Shown here: positions 23,119 through 37,800 of the stretch, in pieces
Layout: every line of letters starts with the position of its first letter
Numbering within the stretch: position 1 is the first letter of the stretch
DNA from: Anthoceros angustus
Taxonomy: Eukaryota; Plantae; Anthocerotophyta
Assembly: GCA_010909165.1 (NCBI GenBank)
Contig: VJWM01000044.1
Location: 2,170,001 to 2,234,000, forward strand
DNA length: 64,000 nucleotides
Direction of reading: 5' to 3'
The notes under the pieces: generated by a model
Databases searched by the model: none
The model's input: only the letters and a program-made list of their open reading frames with translations
What the model was told of the DNA's origin: nothing
Translations under genes and position numbers: made by a program

Positions 23119-26100
23119 ACAGGGTAATACTTTTGCCAATTATGCTCAATTTAGTTGTAAGGATGACTAGCCGTTGTAACTTAGGTTCGGTGTTTCCTTC
23201 AGGTTCTATGTAGCATGCCATGTCATCAGGGTGCCACGTGCGCATGACATGTCAGTACATGCGTATGCGCCACGTCATCGTAGGAAAGTTAAGTAATAAT
23301 TAGAGTTACTACGAGCGGATTACTACGCAATGTACAAGGGAGCAACAATGCACGTTATGACGTTTTTAGGCACACCATTACAGCAGCCATAACGACGGGT
23401 TTTAAAACAATTGTAACCCTGGTTATATCAACTGCAGTTTGTGTCAACCAGGATTAATTAACCAGGTTATTGAACCATGGTTAAATATTATAGTTAGTAT
23501 ACCATGGTTACTTAACCACAGTACCGGGTTACTTAACTATGGTCCGTTAGTTCCTCCCTTTGTAACCTAGCTGTTGTTAATAGCGTTATAAATTAAGCAG
23601 AATTGAAGGATTTTGGGGGTTGAATTAAATTGAAAATAAATTGCTATAAATACCAAAATGCAATATTATCGCAACTAAAATAAATAGGGGTTATGGTTTG
23701 GAACCTGTCCACATCGGATTGCTGGCACTCAAAAAATGCATGTAGTTTGAATCACCTATGAACTACATGTATGACCCCTACACCATAAACAATGTGATGC
23801 AGTTCTAGTTCCCTGTCGTATCCACCACTCATGAACCTGCTTAGGTGGATTAGTCCCCATGTTGCATAACCCATATGAGATCTCGATTCCACAAAATAAA
23901 GATCGAATGACCACTGCTCCGCGCGCTTCTGGAGATCCTACAATGGAGGATGTCCGCCGCAACGAGATAAGCTACACCAAACAACACCGTCAGTGTGCGT
24001 CTAGTCACAGGTTTGCAAAAAAGTAACAAGGAGTAACATACCCTGCTGCCCTTGTAGTCTGCCATCTAACGCTTGTGGCACACAATATGAAAACTCAGGG
24101 CTACAAATCCATTTAATACCATGACCGTTAAGAAAACATGAAGGGGTTACGAGGAAATTTAAAACAATCCCCACCAGGCAAAGTCAGATTCAAGATGCTC
24201 ACCACCGTCGAGAGATGTCATTTAGACGGACCAGACAGGTTTATCTGACTATGCATTGGAAGGAGATGAGGATGAGGCAGAGTTTGGACTCTCAGACAAA
24301 GAGGATGGCCCTATACTGGAGCAGCTTGGGCAGACAAATGATGAAATCTCAGAGGAGGAAGGTGAATACTGGATTGAGGACGACAAAATGCAATACACTC
24401 GGCGAGTGTACTCTCTCCACAAAACTCATGCCTTCATCAACTTACTAGAATAGTCCAACGCAGAACCCTCCTCTGGCACCTAAATATTCTTACCTTTCCA
24501 GTAATCATCCAACTTCCTATGCCACCCTCCTTTGCTATTTCTTACAACCTCTTCCTCCTTCTTGGTGGGCTCCCGATTGAACCTATCTTGGAGTCTTTAC
24601 CTGAAGGCCACGAGACCACCATTTTCAAGATGGGAGTGTGGCTTGGGCATAGGAGCTGCATTTCTCTCTTTGGCGATCCTCATTTGTTGGCTTTCTGGAA
24701 CCTCACCGGGCATCTTGCGCTACTCAGCCTCCAACAACAAATCTCAAAACTTGGAATCCATAGTCTTATTACTCTTGGCACAGTTGTATTTCCACTGTCG
24801 GGCAGACTTGGACAAAACTTGATCCACAATTTTTGCCATATCCCAGGGGCCGCCGATTTCCGCCCTCACTATCACCTCAACCAACGTTTTTATGGATTCG
24901 GGCTCACTCCAGAAACTGCCAATGAGAGGATTCATGAATTTGCACATAGCCCAGTGAAACCTTCTTTTTAGCCTTCGGTGCGAGGTTGACCCTCGTACCA
25001 CCGGTGCCCAACCTGTTTACAAACAAGACACAGACTCTATTACATTTACCATAACTACACCACCAAAAATCAGACACCTGAATGTTGCTCCTACGCCGGC
25101 CATCCTTATACTCCGCTGCTGCCTCCTTTGGTGCCATGGCGTCGCGCCTGTCGCTTTGCTTGCGAAGTAGCCCCTGCATCGTTCCGGCTCCCGTCTTTGT
25201 GAGTTCTAATGGGGAGGGGAGGAAACGACGCACTGGAAAGCTCTATGACTTTGAGAACGAAGCGATAGAGTGCTGGAAAAATAAGCGCCAGAGAGCAGGG
25301 TGCTGAAGCGCAAGCGAGCGAGAGAACTGCCAAGACCCGAAGGCTGGGGGTCTTTTCCTCCTTCTAACCGCAAGCGGGGTGGGTAAGGCCACGCTGACGC
25401 GCCTTTGGCGCGACAATCGCCACCCTCCTGCATCTCATAGTGCACTTTCACACCACGCCCAGTACTGGCCCCTCGGGTTTTACTACCGCCACCTAAATCG
25501 CTATAACGGCTCGGCAGTCTGTGGTTCTAGCTTGCATGTATCACCGCCCCATGCTACCCCATGTCAAACCTTCCAATACGCCGACCCATCCTTCCGGACT
25601 TGCCTTTTCCGGCCGTCAAGCACATCCTCCAGCCTCCCGGACTCCTCGCCAGTGGAGCCATCGCATCCGGCCCATTAGGCCTTATTATCCACACTTATTC
25701 GGTATTTTAACACACAAATCCCCACAAAAAAAAACAGAAACCCCTACAAATTGACTAAAAGCAAGGCCAAAGTATTCGTCCCTTGTCCACATGGATGCAT
25801 GAGAAAAAGTTGCAGTCTGTGCAGAGAAGCGCCTCGGCAGAGTTGGTAGGTGCTCGGAAGCGGGGACGTTCTTAATCTAGATTAGGAATCTGATTCCTAT
25901 CTGCAAGTCGAGCTTGGAAGTGCGCGTCAGTTTGTGTATTCATAGATTGTCGCCTTTCATCCCGTGCACTCCCTGCTGCTCCTGAGCGCTTATTAGTGAA
26001 TTGTCTCAACACCAACTTGGTGTAGTCTGCTTCGTAGAGATCTATGATAGTGTCCAAAGGGAGCCTCTGTTGGACACGAGGAGGTCGGCCATTTTGGCAG

Positions 26101-27874
26101 CCTGGGTTTGCTAGCAAAAGGACACAACCCTTTGTAATCACCCTATTTAAGCCTACCTATGTACTCACAATTTACTTCTTTGATAGAAAGCATTTGCTTC
26201 TTGCAAATCGCTCAGATCAAAGACTCTCGTGACTACTTTTGGTCCGTGACTGTGTGCTCATTCATGCGACATGATAAATGGTGGTGTGTGAACTTTGACC
26301 CTAGCCATCACATTTTGCTCGGCAAAGAGAATCCGTCAAATCACATGTAAGCAAAGCTTTGTAAGGAATGCAACCGCTTGTGACCTCTCTACCTGACTCC
26401 AAAACTAAGGCATAAGGAACTTGCTAGCTTGCGATGGCAACCATGCCAGCAGAACTAAAGAATGCAACAAGAGTGAAGATGACGGCATGTCTGCTCACAA
26501 GCTACAAGCATGACCATACTTGCGAGCAGGTTTGTAAACCGTTGTGGTGGGACTTGGTGACAGTGTAGAATGCCTCCATCCCCTTTTGCGCATCATGCAA
26601 TTCCAACCCTAACCATGAAAGAAACTTCTGTGTTATCATGGAAAAAATGATGTATCACAAGCTTGTGACGACATCGATACACTGGCAGATGGCCCCCGTG
26701 GCCATGTCGTTAAGGTTGTGTGTAGGGAAGTTTTCCCGCCATATGCAGCGGGAAAACTTCTTAACACACCCTTCATAAAAGTCCCGAGATAATATCGGTA
26801 TGCCATGGCAAGCTTCTACAAGTAGCCTTTACCTTTATCTCTCATTTTATTTTACCGTACTTACATATATAAGGTGCTGTTATTTGCAAGCAAGTCTCTC
26901 TGAAATAGAATTTTTTTTCCTAAGTAATTGCGCTGTTATTTGCAAGCCGAAATAAAATTCTTCTGCTCCTCGGCTTGATTAAAACAGCGTCTGTTTAGAA
27001 AGGGGTTTCTCCTGAAACCCCTTTTGCACACTCTGGACTTACCCCTTTTGCACTTGAAAAATCCGCACTATAATCAGCTTTTGATATTTCTCCGCACATG
27101 TTACCCGCAACCTTTTGAATAATTGTTTTGATACACGTTATTTGAGATTGTAGATTGCAAATGCGTGGCAAAACCTAAAGTCCCATTCTCGCTCGGCTTT
27201 TTTCAAACTAGACACAAAATTAGCGCAAACTTATGCGCGCACCCATCTAAGCAGGTCTCAACATCTACTTAATCATTGCGGTGTTGGACGTATCTAAACA
27301 TTTAGAGTTTTAGGGCTTGCTATAATTAAGTGCGCAAACTTGTTTGCGCACCTACTATTCATACTAGTCAATCCTATGACTATACTCTCGCTCCGAGAAT
27401 TTTACAAGACTTTGTTCCTTAGACATTGGGACAATAATATCTTCTTTGGCCTGATGCTCTACGGTTAGTGTGAGAATGAGAGTGGCATGGTCTGCACTTA
27501 GAGCTGGGTCCACGTCAAACGTCTCAAGATTCAAAAGATGCAAAAGGTTCTCACTACTAGTTCAAAGTTTTAACCACTAGAAAAAAGATGAGGGTTAAAT
27601 AAAGATAAGACCATATCCACATTAGGGTGCTGCACAAAAAAGGTTGAAAACGTCGAAAGGAACCCTTTAAAACAACAAAAATATTAAAATAAATACAAAA
27701 ATGCAAAAATTTGTCAAAATTTTAGAGCAAATCTGTGCACTTGTGCCTCAAAAACTGGACTTTTTATAATTTTTAAGGGGTTTTTAGGGTTTTTTTAGAC
27801 TTTTTGCTCTTTTTTTCTTTGGATGAACCGTCTGGGAATGCAATAGGAGGCATAAACTATTTGGGTTCATGCTC

Positions 27875-30800
27875 CGTAAACGATCTAGTCTCGGAAACCC
27901 CTGTTAAAATGTGCCCTGAAGTGAATTTTTTTGTTTTTTTGCTGAGAGTGGTGTGAAAATAAGTCAGTTAGCGGTAGTTGGGGATATTCATAGTAAAATG
28001 TCCTTGGCCTATGGAGTTCTTTTTGTTTTATTGCCTAGGTTAGATAATAAATGGTCGGAAACTCGGTGTTCCTTGGCCCATGGACCTCGAGATATCCACT
28101 ACAAGGTCTATATATGCGGGTAGGGGGTGGTTATTTGGGGTTTGTCGGTCCTAAGTTAGTCGACCAGTAGGTGAGTGAATGAGTATGGGGTTGTGGGTGG
28201 GGCATGGGCGTCGTGAAGACAACCGGTGGTAGTAGGCCAAACTTAACCCTAAGGAAACCGTAGGGTGACGGCGCGTTCAAGCGGAGGAAGACAAGCGGGC
28301 CTGCGGTGGCGGAGTGGGCGCAGCGGGGTGGAGGTGAGTCGTCGGTGCATTCGAGGCGGACGCGATCGGTCGGAGGCGAGAGGCGCGATCGTGGTGGAGG
28401 CCGCCTCGAACCCTCACCGGTGTCGCAACCCCTGGAAGGAAGGCGGCGCGGCTTGAGGAGGTAGGAACCACAGGCGACCTTGTCGAGATTGGCAGTGGCA
28501 CCCGTCGAGGCGCGAGACCGGGGACTCTGCGGAAGGATGGCGCCCAAAGCCACAGTGAGATCGCTTGCCCAATGGCCAAACATGGACCATTGGAAAGTCC
28601 GAGTGGGGCACAGTGAAGGAGCTCGGTGGGGTTCATGGAGAAGCGGTGGAATTACACGAATTCGGGATGCGAGTGCGCTCGCCACCTAAAAGACAAGCAA
28701 GGCGAGGGAATTAGAGCAAAACCTCGTGATTGGGACTGGCATTGGTTAGGGAAGTGTATGGGCAAGGAGGAGGCGGGGGTTTGGTGATGGAACCTTCTAA
28801 AAGGAGCACGCAGAGTGGCCCGCCCAGTGAAGGCGGGCGTAATCCGGAACCCAATGGTTGGTGGCGAGAATTGGCAGCCACGGTTAATGGAGTGCAGCGG
28901 ATGGCTTCTCTGCTTCCTCTGACACAAGAAGCGGATTATTTGTCGACCACTTCGTTGTTCCTCCATGAAGTTGTCAAGGCGAAAATCGATGAGGGCGAAT
29001 CCTCTTTGAGAAGTTGAGTGAAGAAAGGTTGAATCGATTTCTCCTACCCTCGGCCTCTCTAATTTCACCATTCCTAGTTCATCTTTATGCATGCTAATTG
29101 CCCGCGAGGTAGAAATTGTGGCCTCCTTCATATGTGGAAGCCGTCGAGGTGAAGTGGAAAGCGGAGGAGCCTAAGGAGGAAATTGAGGAGGAATCGGACA
29201 CCGGGAGTCCATGGCGACAGTGCCCGAGGAAGAGAAGGAAATTTCTACCAAAGAAGAAGAGGAAGACCGGTGCAGACGGTCCCAAAAAAGTGAAGGTGGA
29301 CGCCACCAGTCGGCGGCCGCTGTGAAAAAGCAAAGAAAATGAAAGCCAAACGCAGATCGAGGTGGCGGAGGAAGAGGCGGTCCGAGGAAGAAAATTTTGC
29401 CGACTGGATGCATGATGAGCCGCCCAGAGGAATTAGGCGACCTCGTGAGCGGACCCTCCTCAAAGATGGGAAGAGATTTTCAAGGGGACTCCACCGCAGA
29501 GGTGGACGCAAATTGGTGAGGGTGCGACTTTGTTGGGAAGGAAGGTGCTCGACGGAGGATGGCGCCCGCACGCCGCACTGTGGAATTAGTGAGCCGACGA
29601 CATCGATGATCCGGGCCCAAGCGGATTTGTTGGACCAAGCGCCTTGGCTCTCACATGGCTCGGTGCAAGGGCGGGCGGAGGAAGTGGTGAAGGCCAGTTT
29701 GACGAGGAGAAGCCCAGAAGCAACCGGAGGAAGACAAGCGGGCCTTAGAGGAGATAAGGATCAAGCTTCGGAGGATTTGTGCAGGCCTGAGAAGCCGCAG
29801 CCATGACGAGTCACAGGAAGCGCCATGGCTCAAATCAAGGATGCCCACGAGTCAAACCAGAGATGGTGAGTTGTTGCGAGCCCAGAGCGGAGGCGGCCTC
29901 GGTGGAGAAGGTCCATAAGCGGAACGGTATAACGGAACGGATGAGGCACGTGGCCGAACCCGTAAAAGAGAAGGGAAGCGAGGTGGCGGGACTACGGCCG
30001 GGGTAGTGGAAGGCACCACGAGAAGGAAGAACAAAGGTAGTAAACACCTACCACTACCGGCCGGACCAACGACGGTGCGAGACACCACCGCAGCGAAGCG
30101 GCAATGGAGGCGACAACGCGACGCAGACTCATGTGGACATGGACCCGTGCAATGTGAGTCTACGGAGGAGGGATCAGTCCTACCCTCGCAAGTGAGGACC
30201 CGGCGCATACTTCTACCATTGCGCCAGAGTGGGGATTGGCCCCTATTATGCGGAGGCGACCTTGGAGGAGTTGAGTGAAGAGGAGGTCCAGCTTGGGTGG
30301 ATGAGGAACCGTGGTAATCCTCGGCAATAGGCGGCCAAGAGGCGGAAGTTCCCAAGGTGTATGCCCTCAATTAGGACGCCCAAGCAGCGATGTGAGGTGG
30401 AAGTCCTGGAAACCCCGATCACAAGGTGAGGGCTCGTGGCGGCGGCGATGGAGGACAAGGCCAAAGTGACGAGTCGGGGAGGCGCGGATAGCGAGGCAAT
30501 GGGTGGTAGCATCCTAGGAAGGAAAATGCCCCACCGGACCTAGATCGCTTAGAATTGTGGGTGCGCTGGTTTTTTTAGGATCTAGAAACTGGGGAAACGG
30601 GCGGCCGATGTATAAGAGGGCAACTTTTGCCCACCACAGATAACCCTCGTTGAGATCCCCACGCCTGTGGATGGTTGGAGACGTCCGATTGATGAGGTGT
30701 GCGAGACGCCTGGGGGTGGTCGAGAGCCCCGCAACGGGAGGAGGGGTGATGGAGCAATCTTGCGACAAAGGAGGAGGAAACCAAGGGATTGGCGGGCGGG

Positions 30801-31503
30801 TCCGGAGCTTGCTGTAACGCCCCGTGACGCCTGGGGTTCTTCTTTCCTTCACCTTGTCCCGAGTTGTGTTCAAATTGAGAGAGAAGTGTTGAGTGGATGG
30901 TTGGAAGCGAATTGAGGGAGAGAGAGAGAGAAGAGATCGGGTGAAGGAGATCAACATCAGATGGCGCGAGGTGTGAGAGGTTGAGAAGGAGAGCTAGAGC
31001 GGTGTGACAAAATTGAGAATCAAACCGGTGGCAGTGGAAAGTGCACAAGGAAAACAAAGCTAGTAGAAAGGGTGGTGGCGCCTTGTGTGTGTGTGTGTGT
31101 GAGGCGTGGTATCCTAGGAACTTTGGTCTAGGAATTGTGTGTGTGCATGAAGTGTGGAGTGCCAATAAAGTCCGATCCGCGGAGCACGGGCGCCCGTGCG
31201 ATCCGCGCGCCTGCGGCGCCGAATAAGTCGCTAGGGTTTGGTGTGGGACCCACCTCGTCGTAGCAACTACCCGGAGGGAACGAGATTTGCGGTCGTGAAA
31301 TGGGATTTGGTGCTGGACAAGTCGGGGGTAGTAGTAGTTGAGTAGATAGGTAAGAGGAGTAATAGCAGTAAGCCCGACTTAGGAAGGTCGAGTGATAGAA
31401 GTTAGCGCCTCGCACAAACCATTCCCTTGGGAGCGAATCCTAAGCCTACAACGACATTGAGGGTGAATGTGGACCTCACGGTGTCCCTAGACCACACTCC
31501 ACA
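27875..31503 (+). repeat. 5' LTR (~3.6 kb)
   Basis: Matches the sequence at 41311-48960. It starts CG rather than TG, ends CA, and is followed by the PBS. Confidence 0.85.
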
Positions 31504-31506
31504 TTT

Positions 31507-31520
31507 TGGCGCTGTCGGGA
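31507..31520 (+). promoter_or_regulatory. Primer-binding site (tggcgctgtcggga)
   Basis: TGG-initiated motif 3 nt after the LTR end, resembling the TGGCGCCGTTGCCGGGGA PBS of Athila-type elements. Confidence 0.65.
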
Positions 31521-31899
31521 ATGGAATCTGACGAGGACTAACCTAGCTACGAGTCTAGCATTACTAGATTGATGGATGCCTCGTGGAGACAAGCGATTCG
31601 ATCCGACTGGGGAAACGCTCGCAAGACGGCAACGCCAAGCATGGAAAGATTGCAGAGTTACGAGGAGAGCACGCGGAGATCACACTTGCCGGACGAGGAA
31701 GGGGGTGAGTCAACTCGAACTAGGGATCGGATCTTAACGGATTCGATTCCCAACCTCGACTATGGCGCACAAGGCTGCCCGATCCCCACCTTGTCTTTTG
31801 ATCTGCCCGCCTAGATCCTCCCGCCCAAATTCGTGAATGTAGAGGTCCGCACGTAGTGGCCGCCGCCAACTACCGCTGAAAGTACTAGAAGTTATGGCG

Positions 31900-34800
31900 A
31901 TCTGCTTGTTACTAAGCAATCTTACCCGCTGTATGGAGAAAAGAAGGGCCATGAGGATCCCGACGAGTTTGTCGAGCTTTGAGCCGACGCCAACCGTGAG
32001 GATGCGATCGTGCCCACTGCTTTATGGAGTCTTACGCGAGCGGCGCCAAGTGGTACAAGCGGAGTACATAGCTTCCACACCCCCGCCTACCTTTGGGGCC
32101 TTGAAGAGAGCTTTTGTGAAAGATCTGAGGGGTCGATGTGGAAGGATGTCTGTCCAAGTTGGAGGGATTGAGAGGGAAGAAGAGACCCCGCAGCTTATGT
32201 GGAAAGGTTCCACAGCCACGGATCGGGCCGGTCCGCACTGAGCTAATGGCCATTCACCGGTTTGCAAGAGGATTGGGCGCGAGATGGGAAGACACGTATG
32301 CCTGTGCCGAAAGATTTGGATCGGGCGATCAAAGCGCTCGAACTATGAGGAGTCCAACGCGAAGAGAAGAAGAACTCGAACAAGGGCGCACTAAGGACAA
32401 AAAGAAATACAAAAGAAGAAGAAGTACTATTCGCCTCCGATGACAGCTGCTGGGAGGATAGTTTTCAACCGACTCCTGTAGCTCCACCAAGAGGAGACCA
32501 TGAGGATTCGGAGGAGAATTCGAAGGTGAGCGCAACCAAGGGATAGAAGGAAGAAGGGAAAAATGACGGGAACAAGACGACGTGCAAAAGGGAAGGAGCG
32601 CTATATGCACGAAAGGACGCGGAGCAGAGAAGAGAGGTGGAAACAAAGCCCAAAAAGTGGAGCAACAAGGGAACAAGATGGAGGAAATGATGGTCAAACC
32701 GAGAAACTCCATCTTAATGCCATCAAGGACCATGATAGAAGAAGGGTTGCTCGAGCGGGCGAATCTCTTCGCTCAACTTGTGGACATAGGGCACTCGAGG
32801 TCGAATCGCCCACAAACAAAAGTGCAACCACTGGGCTACGAGGAGGAGGATGAGGAGATGTGCTTGGAAGATACATACCAAATTCAAGAGGCAACCTCTG
32901 GGTACCAAAACTTTGTACTCAAGTTTGCGAAAACCCTACGTGCATGGGCATTCGCAATCGATGGCAAGGAACCCCGGCAAATGAGTGCCATGGTTACAAT
33001 TGCCGAGGGTTCGCATCTTGCTGGATGCCCCTCCGCATCTCGCCAGGGAATGGTGATTTTGAAAGGTCGTGTGGATTGCAAGCAATCGTCACGAGGCAGC
33101 CCCTCCGCTGACACCAAAGAAACATGTGAGGATCGCTCAACCTCCTACGACCCACCCCCGCAAAGAAAGCCTGCTGCCGAATGCAAGTCAAGATGCGCCA
33201 TGGTCAGATGGAGGATTCCGAGGCCGATGTCGAGGAGCCCGGAAGGGTTGGGGATGTGGAGTGGGTATTTAACTCCCGCGATGGTCGCTCGACGGAGCGG
33301 CGAGAGGAAGGCGACACCCTAAGAAGGGGGAACGGGGAAAAGAGAAGAAGAACGGAGTGGGAGCCCATAACGTCCGCAAGTGAGGAGGAAGAGGCGCTTC
33401 ATCAGCGGGAAGGAAGAGAAGTCCAACCACAAAAGGCGACGAGGGACTGGGATGGAATCAAAAAGAAGGGCATGCGAATCCAAAATGGACGGGAGCAAGG
33501 CACGCCACACTTAACGCGAGGATTGCGATTTGGATGGCATCACAGGTGTAACTCCCTTAGCACCGAGACCGGATTCGAGGGTGCAACGAACAAGGACAGG
33601 GACTCGGTATGGGAATCGTGAAAAAGGGCATGCGAATCCAAAATGGACGGGAGCAAGGCACGAACGCCACACTTAACGCGAGGGTTGCGATTTGGATGGC
33701 ATCACAGGTGTAACTCCCTTTAGACCGCTGGATTCGAGGGTGAAGTGCAAAAGGCGGACGGCAGTGGGACTCGAGTCGACACATGGGGCGAAAACCCGCA
33801 AGAGGAAAAAGGATGAGTCGCTTCCGCATGTCGTGGGAAGGTGGATATGATCCGACAAGAATCGAACAGACTCGAGATTTTGGCCATCGACCCACCGACC
33901 CACCTACCGCCACTGTTTCAACGACCGCAACATCTCAAACAGCTACTCATGGTAAATGACGGTGGGGGTTGGCAAGGAGAAACAGAGCAAAAGTGTTCCT
34001 TTCAATTTGGAAGCTATCATGGACCAAAAGTTCATGATAACTTGAACTCGTGGACAATCCGCGCCAAAGAACTGGGGCATTGAAGGCGGCACAACCCAAG
34101 AAGAGACGAACCTTTCCACCCCAAGGCAAAACCCCTGTGTGAATATGGTGGCCATGATGGACGTCTGTGAGCTGCTGATAGAAATTATGGATGTGTAATC
34201 AAGAAGGTGCCGCTAGATTCCGGTCGGAGTCAACATCATGACAGAGGAGACCGCCTTGGGTTGCGATAGAACATACATCAAAGGTGTTATGGAAGTGACA
34301 TGTCCAAAATGGCGTAGGGGAGCCGACGGAGTCCTAACCCATATTGGTACCATTCCGCACTCATGGACTACGTGGTCATTAAACAAAAAGCGCTGTGGTA
34401 TGAGGTTCTCATTGACGAACATGGATGTATGGGGCACGTTGCACCTTCAAATGGGCGAGAAAGGAAGTGGGATTCAAACCTCGGACCGGGACAAAATTAA
34501 GGAGGAAGGATATGTTTGACTTGGAGCAGATACGACGCAGGGAGACACCCACAAACGGAGGGATACACCTCAAGATACCTGGAGGATGAGAAGGAGAAAT
34601 TCCCATTCGCACATATTTCGTGGTCGATGAAGAGGACGACACGGAGAGATATTCCCATTCCATCAACCTATTAGGGTGCTATGGAGTCACAATTGACAAC
34701 CCGGTGGAGGAGGATCGACCAGGTGACGAGGTCGAACTGCCCACAAACAAAAGTGCAACCTGGGCTACGAGGAGGATGAGGAGATGTGCTTGGAAGATAC

Positions 34801-37800
34801 ATACCAAATTCAAGAGCACCGCCGGGTACTAAAACTTTGTACTCAAGTTTGAAACCCCACTGTATGGGCATTCGATGGCAAGGAACCCGCAAATGAGTGC
34901 CATTGTTACAATTGCCGAGGGTTCGCATCTTGCTGGATGCCCCTCCGCATCTCGCCAGGGAATGGTGATTTTGAAAGGTCGTGTGTGGATTGCAATCAAT
35001 CAGTGAGCGGCAGCTCCCGCCAGACACCGAAACATGTGAGGATCGCTCAACCTCCGGCGACCCACCCCCGCAAAGAAAGCCCGCTGCGAATGCAAGTCAA
35101 GATGCGCCATGGTCATGGGAGGATTCCGAGAATCGAGGAGCCCGGAAGGGTTGGGGATAGTGGGTATTACGGAACTCCCGCGATGGTCGCTCAACGAGCG
35201 GCGAGAGGAAGGCGACACCCTAAGAAGGGGGAGCGGGGAAAAAGAGAAGAAGAACGGAGTGGGAGCCCATAACGTCCGCAAGTGAGGAGGAAGAGGCGCT
35301 TCATCAAAGCGGGAAGGAAGAGAAGTCCAACCACAAAACCGACGAGGGACTGTGAAAGAAAAAGGGCATGCGAATCCAATGGACGGGAGCAAGGCACGAA
35401 CGCCACACTTAACGCGAGGGTTGCGATTTGGATGGCATCACAGGTGTAACTCCCTTAGCAGCCGACCGCTGATTCGAGGGTGAAGTGCAAAAGGACAGGA
35501 CGGCAGGACTCGAGTCGACACATGGGGCGAAAACCCGCAAGAGGAAAAAGGATGAGTCACGCTTCCGCCTGGCGTCGTGGGGAAGTTATGGATATGATCC
35601 GACAAGAATCGAACAGACTCCATTTTTGGCCATCGACCCACGACCCACCGACCCACCTACCGCCACTGTTTCAACGACCGCAACATCTCAAACCTACCGC
35701 GGAAATGACGGTTTGGCAAGGAGAAACAGAAGCAACAGTGTTCCTTTCAATTTGGACGCTATCATGGACCAAAAGTTCATGATAACATTCGACAGCTCGT
35801 GGATATCCGCATCCAAAGAACTGGGGCATTGAAGGCACAACCCAAGAAGAGACGAACCTTTCCACCCCAAGGCAAAACCCCTTGCTGTGAATATGGTGGC
35901 CATGCCAGATCTGGAGCTAGATAGAAATTATGGATGTGTAATCAAGAAGGTGCCGCTAGATTCCGGTCGGAGTCAACATCATGACAGAGACCTGGAAGCT
36001 TGGGTTGCGAGAACATACATCAAAGGTGTTGTCAAGTGACATGTCCAAAATGGCAGGGGAGCCGACGGAGTCCTAACCCATATTGGTACCATTCCGCACT
36101 CATGGACTACGTGGTCATTAAACAAAAAGCGCCAGGTATGAGGTTCTCATTGACGAACATGGATGTATGGGGCACGTTGCACCTTCAAATGGGCGAAAGG
36201 AAGTGGGATTCAAACCGGACTGGGACCCCAAAATTAAGGAGGAAGGATATGTTTGACTTGGAGCAGATACGACGCAGGGAGACACCCACAAACGGAGGGA
36301 TACACCTCAAGATACCGGGGAGAGGATGAGAAGGAGAAATTCTATTATACATATTTCGTGGTCGATGAAGAGGACGACACGGAGAGATATTCCCATTCCA
36401 TCAACCTATTAGGGTGCTATGGAGTCACAATTGACAACCCGGTGGAGGAGGATCGACCGAGGGCCGGACGGAGGTCGAGGAACAGAAGTAGAGGTGGTCG
36501 AGCCGGGAGCGACGATCCGACAAACTTCGAGGGTGCGAGGAGGGTGTCTCACGCTTTACCTCGACGACCTATTCCGGAATGGGGAATGCGCCAAGGAGAA
36601 CCAAGACAATGGAGGAAATGATGGTCAAACCGAGAAACTCCATCTTAATGCCATCAAGGACCATGATAGAAGAAGGGTTGCTCGGGCGGCGAATCTCTTC
36701 GCTCAACTTGTGGATGCAGGGCACTCGAGGTCGAATCGCCCACAAACAAAAGTGCAGCTCGAGGAGGAGAGGAAGATGTGCTTGGAAGATACATACCAAA
36801 TTCAAGAGGCAACCTCTGGGTACCAAAACTTTGTACCTCGAGTTTAAACCCCAGGTATGGGCATTCGATCGGATGGCAAGGAACCCGCAAATGAGTGCCA
36901 AGGTTACAATTGCCGAGGGTTCGGGCATCTTGCTGGATGCCCCTCCGCATCTCGCCAGGGAATGGTGATTTTGAAAGGCATGTGTGGATTGCAAGCAATC
37001 AGTCACGTGGCGTCCTCTGCCGGACACCGAAAAACAGTGAGGATCGCTCAACCTCCGGTTCTGGCGACCCACCCCGACAAAAAGCCCGTTGCCGAATGCA
37101 AGTCAAGATGCTCATGGGTATGGGAGGATTCCGAGGCCGATGTCGAGGAGCCCGGAAGGGTTGGGGATGGTGGGTATTACGGAACTCCCGCGATGGTCGC
37201 TCGACACGGAGCGGCGAGAGGAAGGCGACACCCTAAGAAGGGGGAGCGGGGAAAAGAGAAGAAGAACGGAGTGGGAGCCCATAACGTCCGCAAGTGAGGA
37301 GGAAGAGGCGCTTCATCAGCGGGAAGGAAGGGGGTCCAACCACAAAAGGCGGAGGGACTCGGTATGGGAATCGTGAAAAAGGGCATGCGAATCCAAAATG
37401 GACGGGAGCAAGGCACGAACGCCACACTTAACGCGAGGGTTGCGATTTGGATGGCATCACAGGTGTAACTCCCTTTAGACCGCTGGATTCGAGGGTGAAG
37501 TGCAAAAGGCGGACGGCAGTGGGACTCGAGTCGACATGGGGCGAAAACCCGCAAGAGGAAAAAGGATGAGTCGGCGTTTGCCCGATGTCGGGAAGTTATG
37601 GATATGATCCGAGAACCAAGACTGAGCACTCCGTGTTACCTTTGGACCCACGACCCACCTACCGCCACTGTTTCAACGACCGCAACATCTCAAACAGCTA
37701 CCGTTCTGAAATGACGGTGGGGGTTGGCAAGGAGAAACAGAAGCACGTGTTCCTTTCAATTTGGCGCTATCATGGACCAAAAGTTCATGATAACGTTCGG

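Noticed and set aside
23750-25330. Acidic and basic short ORFs (e.g. 24256-24453, 24744-25001)
   Set aside because: Probably TE debris; no diagnostic motif or splice-consistent gene model.
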